Positions 24,928-26,650 of a stretch of 26,650 nt of DNA are shown in pieces. Position numbers and translations under genes: made by a program. Source of the stretch: Eubacteriales bacterium (GTDB lineage Bacteria; Bacillota; Clostridia; Oscillospirales; CAG-272); contig JAZQWE010000001.1 of the NCBI GenBank assembly GCA_045632225.1, positions 1-26,650 on the forward strand, written 5' to 3'. Numbering within the stretch: position 1 is the first letter of the stretch; each line of letters opens with the position of its first letter. The notes under the pieces were generated by a model. The model saw nothing but the letters and a program-made list of their open reading frames with translations. It had not been told where the DNA came from and searched no databases.

Positions 24928-25671
24928 ATGGAATATTTTGCAATAACCGATGTAGGTATGGTTCGCGAGATTAACGAGGATACCTACCTTGTAAAAAAAT
25001 ACGGTGATGCAACGCTTTATGCCGTGTTTGATGGCATGGGCGGCGCAAATGCGGGCGAAATGGCGTCTGCAATTGCGCGCGAAGAAGTGGAGAAGTATTT
25101 TTCCGTCTTTTTTGAAAACTTTGGCAGAACCGAGCCCGCCGCTATTCAAGCGGCGCTTGCAAGTGCCGCCGACCGCGCAAATTTCAAGATTTTTTCGCTT
25201 GCCCGTGCGGATAAAAACTATGAGGGCATGGGCACTACGATGGTTGCCGCACTTTGTATTTCCGATAAAGTGTATGTTGCAAATGTGGGTGACAGCCGCG
25301 CTTATATGATAGATAAGGACGGAGCATATCAAATCACCCGCGACCATTCGTTTGTGCAATACCTTGTTGATATCGGCAAACTCACACCCGAGGAGGCTAA
25401 AAACAGCACACAAAAGAATATCATCACCCGCGCTATCGGCGTTGATAAAGAGGTGAGTGTGGATGTTTCGGTCATTGAGCAAAAACAGTATAAGGGCAAA
25501 ACTTTGCTCCTTTGTTCCGACGGTCTTTCAAACTATGTAGAAAATCGCATGCTTTGCGACCTTTGCAATACACATAAAACTCCCGAGGATTTTTGCAAAG
25601 TGCTTGTTGCCACTGCAAATGATGCGGGTGGACGGGATAACATAACTGCGGTTGTCGCAAAACTTAAATAA
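24928..25671 (+). CDS. prpC: PP2C-type Ser/Thr protein phosphatase (PrpC/Stp1)
   Basis: TDVGMVREINED, VFDGMGG, GMGTT, NVGDSRAY, TRDHS, ITRAIG, LLCSDGL, GGRDNIT. Confidence 0.95.
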   Translation: MEYFAITDVGMVREINEDTYLVKKYGDATLYAVFDGMGGANAGEMASAIAREEVEKYFSVFFENFGRTEPAAIQAALASAADRANFKIFSLARADKNYEGMGTTMVAALCISDKVYVANVGDSRAYMIDKDGAYQITRDHSFVQYLVDIGKLTPEEAKNSTQKNIITRAIGVDKEVSVDVSVIEQKQYKGKTLLLCSDGLSNYVENRMLCDLCNTHKTPEDFCKVLVATANDAGGRDNITAVVAKLK

Positions 25672-25682
25672 CGGAGAAAAAG

Positions 25683-26650
25683 ATGGATCAGTATAATAAT
25701 TACATTGGTCTTACGCTTGACGGGCGATATACAATAAAAAGACTTGTCGGCTATGGCGGCATGGCAATGGTGTTTGAAGCGGATGACGCATTCCGCAAAA
25801 CCGTTGTCGCAGTTAAAATACTCAAAGAAGAGTTTGCCAATGACGAAGTATCCGTTCAGCGTTTTATAAATGAGTCAAAAGCGGTACTTATGCTCTCGCA
25901 CACAAATATCGTAAAGATTTTTGATGTTTCGGTAAAGGGTGAGCACAAGTATATCGTTATGGAATATATCGACGGTATAACATTAAAGAGTTATATCGAG
26001 CGCAAGGGCGCACTTTCGGTAAAGGAAACAATTTCATACACAATTCAGATTTTGCGCGCGCTTGAGCATGCGCATATTGGCGGCGTTATTCACCGCGACA
26101 TCAAGCCGCAAAATATCATGCTTCTTAAAACAGGGCAGATAAAGGTTACCGACTTTGGCATTGCCAAACTTCCCGATGCCAAAACTCTCACCGCAACGGA
26201 CAAGGCAATCGGCACGGTTTATTATATCAGTCCCGAGCAGGCGGCAGGTGAAAAGGGAATTGACCGCAGAACCGACCTTTATTCCGTTGGCGTTATGATG
26301 TACGAAATGCTCACGGGCAAGTTGCCTTTTGACGGTGAAAACCCCGTCAGCATTGCACTAAAACAGATAAATGAGCAACCCAAGGCACCCACCGAGGTGT
26401 TAAACACCATACCAAAGGGACTTGAGCAGATTATCCTTTTTGCAATGGAAAAGGATAAGGACAAGCGTTTCCAGACCGCAACACAGATGATTGAACTTTT
26501 GCAAAAGGTGAGAGAAAACCCCATGGTTGTCTTTCGCCAGAAGAATCAGTCAAACAATGTGAGAAAAAAGAAAAAGGCATCTATGATGCCGATTATTGTA
26601 GGCGTTGTCAGCGCGTTTTTGCTTGTGTTTGTCATAAGCGGCGTTGTACT
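25683..26650 (+). CDS. prkC: Hanks-type Ser/Thr kinase PrkC/Stk1 (3'-truncated by the window; absent from the ORF track)
   Basis: Translated by hand from ATG 25683: VGYGGMAMVF, VAVKIL, HTNIVKIFD, VMEYIDG, IHRDIKPQN, KVTDFGIA, GTVYYISPEQ, DLYSVG, GKLPF, then KKKK plus a TM helix at the window end. PASTA domains are not visible. Confidence 0.95.
   Translation, partial: MDQYNNYIGLTLDGRYTIKRLVGYGGMAMVFEADDAFRKTVVAVKILKEEFANDEVSVQRFINESKAVLMLSHTNIVKIFDVSVKGEHKYIVMEYIDGITLKSYIERKGALSVKETISYTIQILRALEHAHIGGVIHRDIKPQNIMLLKTGQIKVTDFGIAKLPDAKTLTATDKAIGTVYYISPEQAAGEKGIDRRTDLYSVGVMMYEMLTGKLPFDGENPVSIALKQINEQPKAPTEVLNTIPKGLEQIILFAMEKDKDKRFQTATQMIELLQKVRENPMVVFRQKNQSNNVRKKKKASMMPIIVGVVSAFLLVFVISGVV

Noticed and set aside
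24892-25482. 196-aa minus-strand ORF and similar overlapping ORFs within priA, def, fmt and rsmB
   Set aside because: All are antisense or alternate-frame overlaps of well-supported housekeeping genes, with no motifs of their own.
26500-26650. Short juxtamembrane linker in PrkC
   Set aside because: About 25-30 aa between kinase and TM looks shorter than in B. subtilis PrkC, but this region is variable and the gene is truncated by the window.

Overview
Chromosomal window from a Firmicute, most likely an anaerobic Clostridia-class organism. This is inferred from dockerin and SLH proteins, sigma-A promoters and gene order; no database was searched. Left third (1-9.6 kb): the 3' end of a dockerin-like surface protein, yajC, a D,D-carboxypeptidase (S11), an operon of two large paralogous secreted beta-propeller enzymes (one dockerin-bearing, one SLH-bearing) and an APC amino-acid permease. 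Middle (9.6-16 kb): a structured intergenic array of GTGAAGT heptamers alternating with unrelated short hairpins and mirrored around a bidirectional terminator; a DUF554 membrane protein; a DapF-fold protein that has lost most catalytic residues; a Zn-ribbon membrane protein; a flavin reductase; a REP-like inverted doublet; an apparently orphan NdoA/MazF toxin; class II fba; an acyl-ACP thioesterase; a TraX-family protein. Right part (16-26.6 kb): the conserved Firmicute cluster yicC-remA-gmk-rpoZ-priA-def-fmt-Zn peptidase-rsmB-rlmN-prpC-prkC, with no coaBC and with prkC truncated by the window. No rRNA, tRNA, CRISPR array, transposase, integrase or prophage gene was seen. The strongest novelty candidates are the heptamer/hairpin array (9643-9880), the anchor-swapped GH93-like enzyme pair (2798-8167), the DapF pseudo-enzyme and the orphan MazF.
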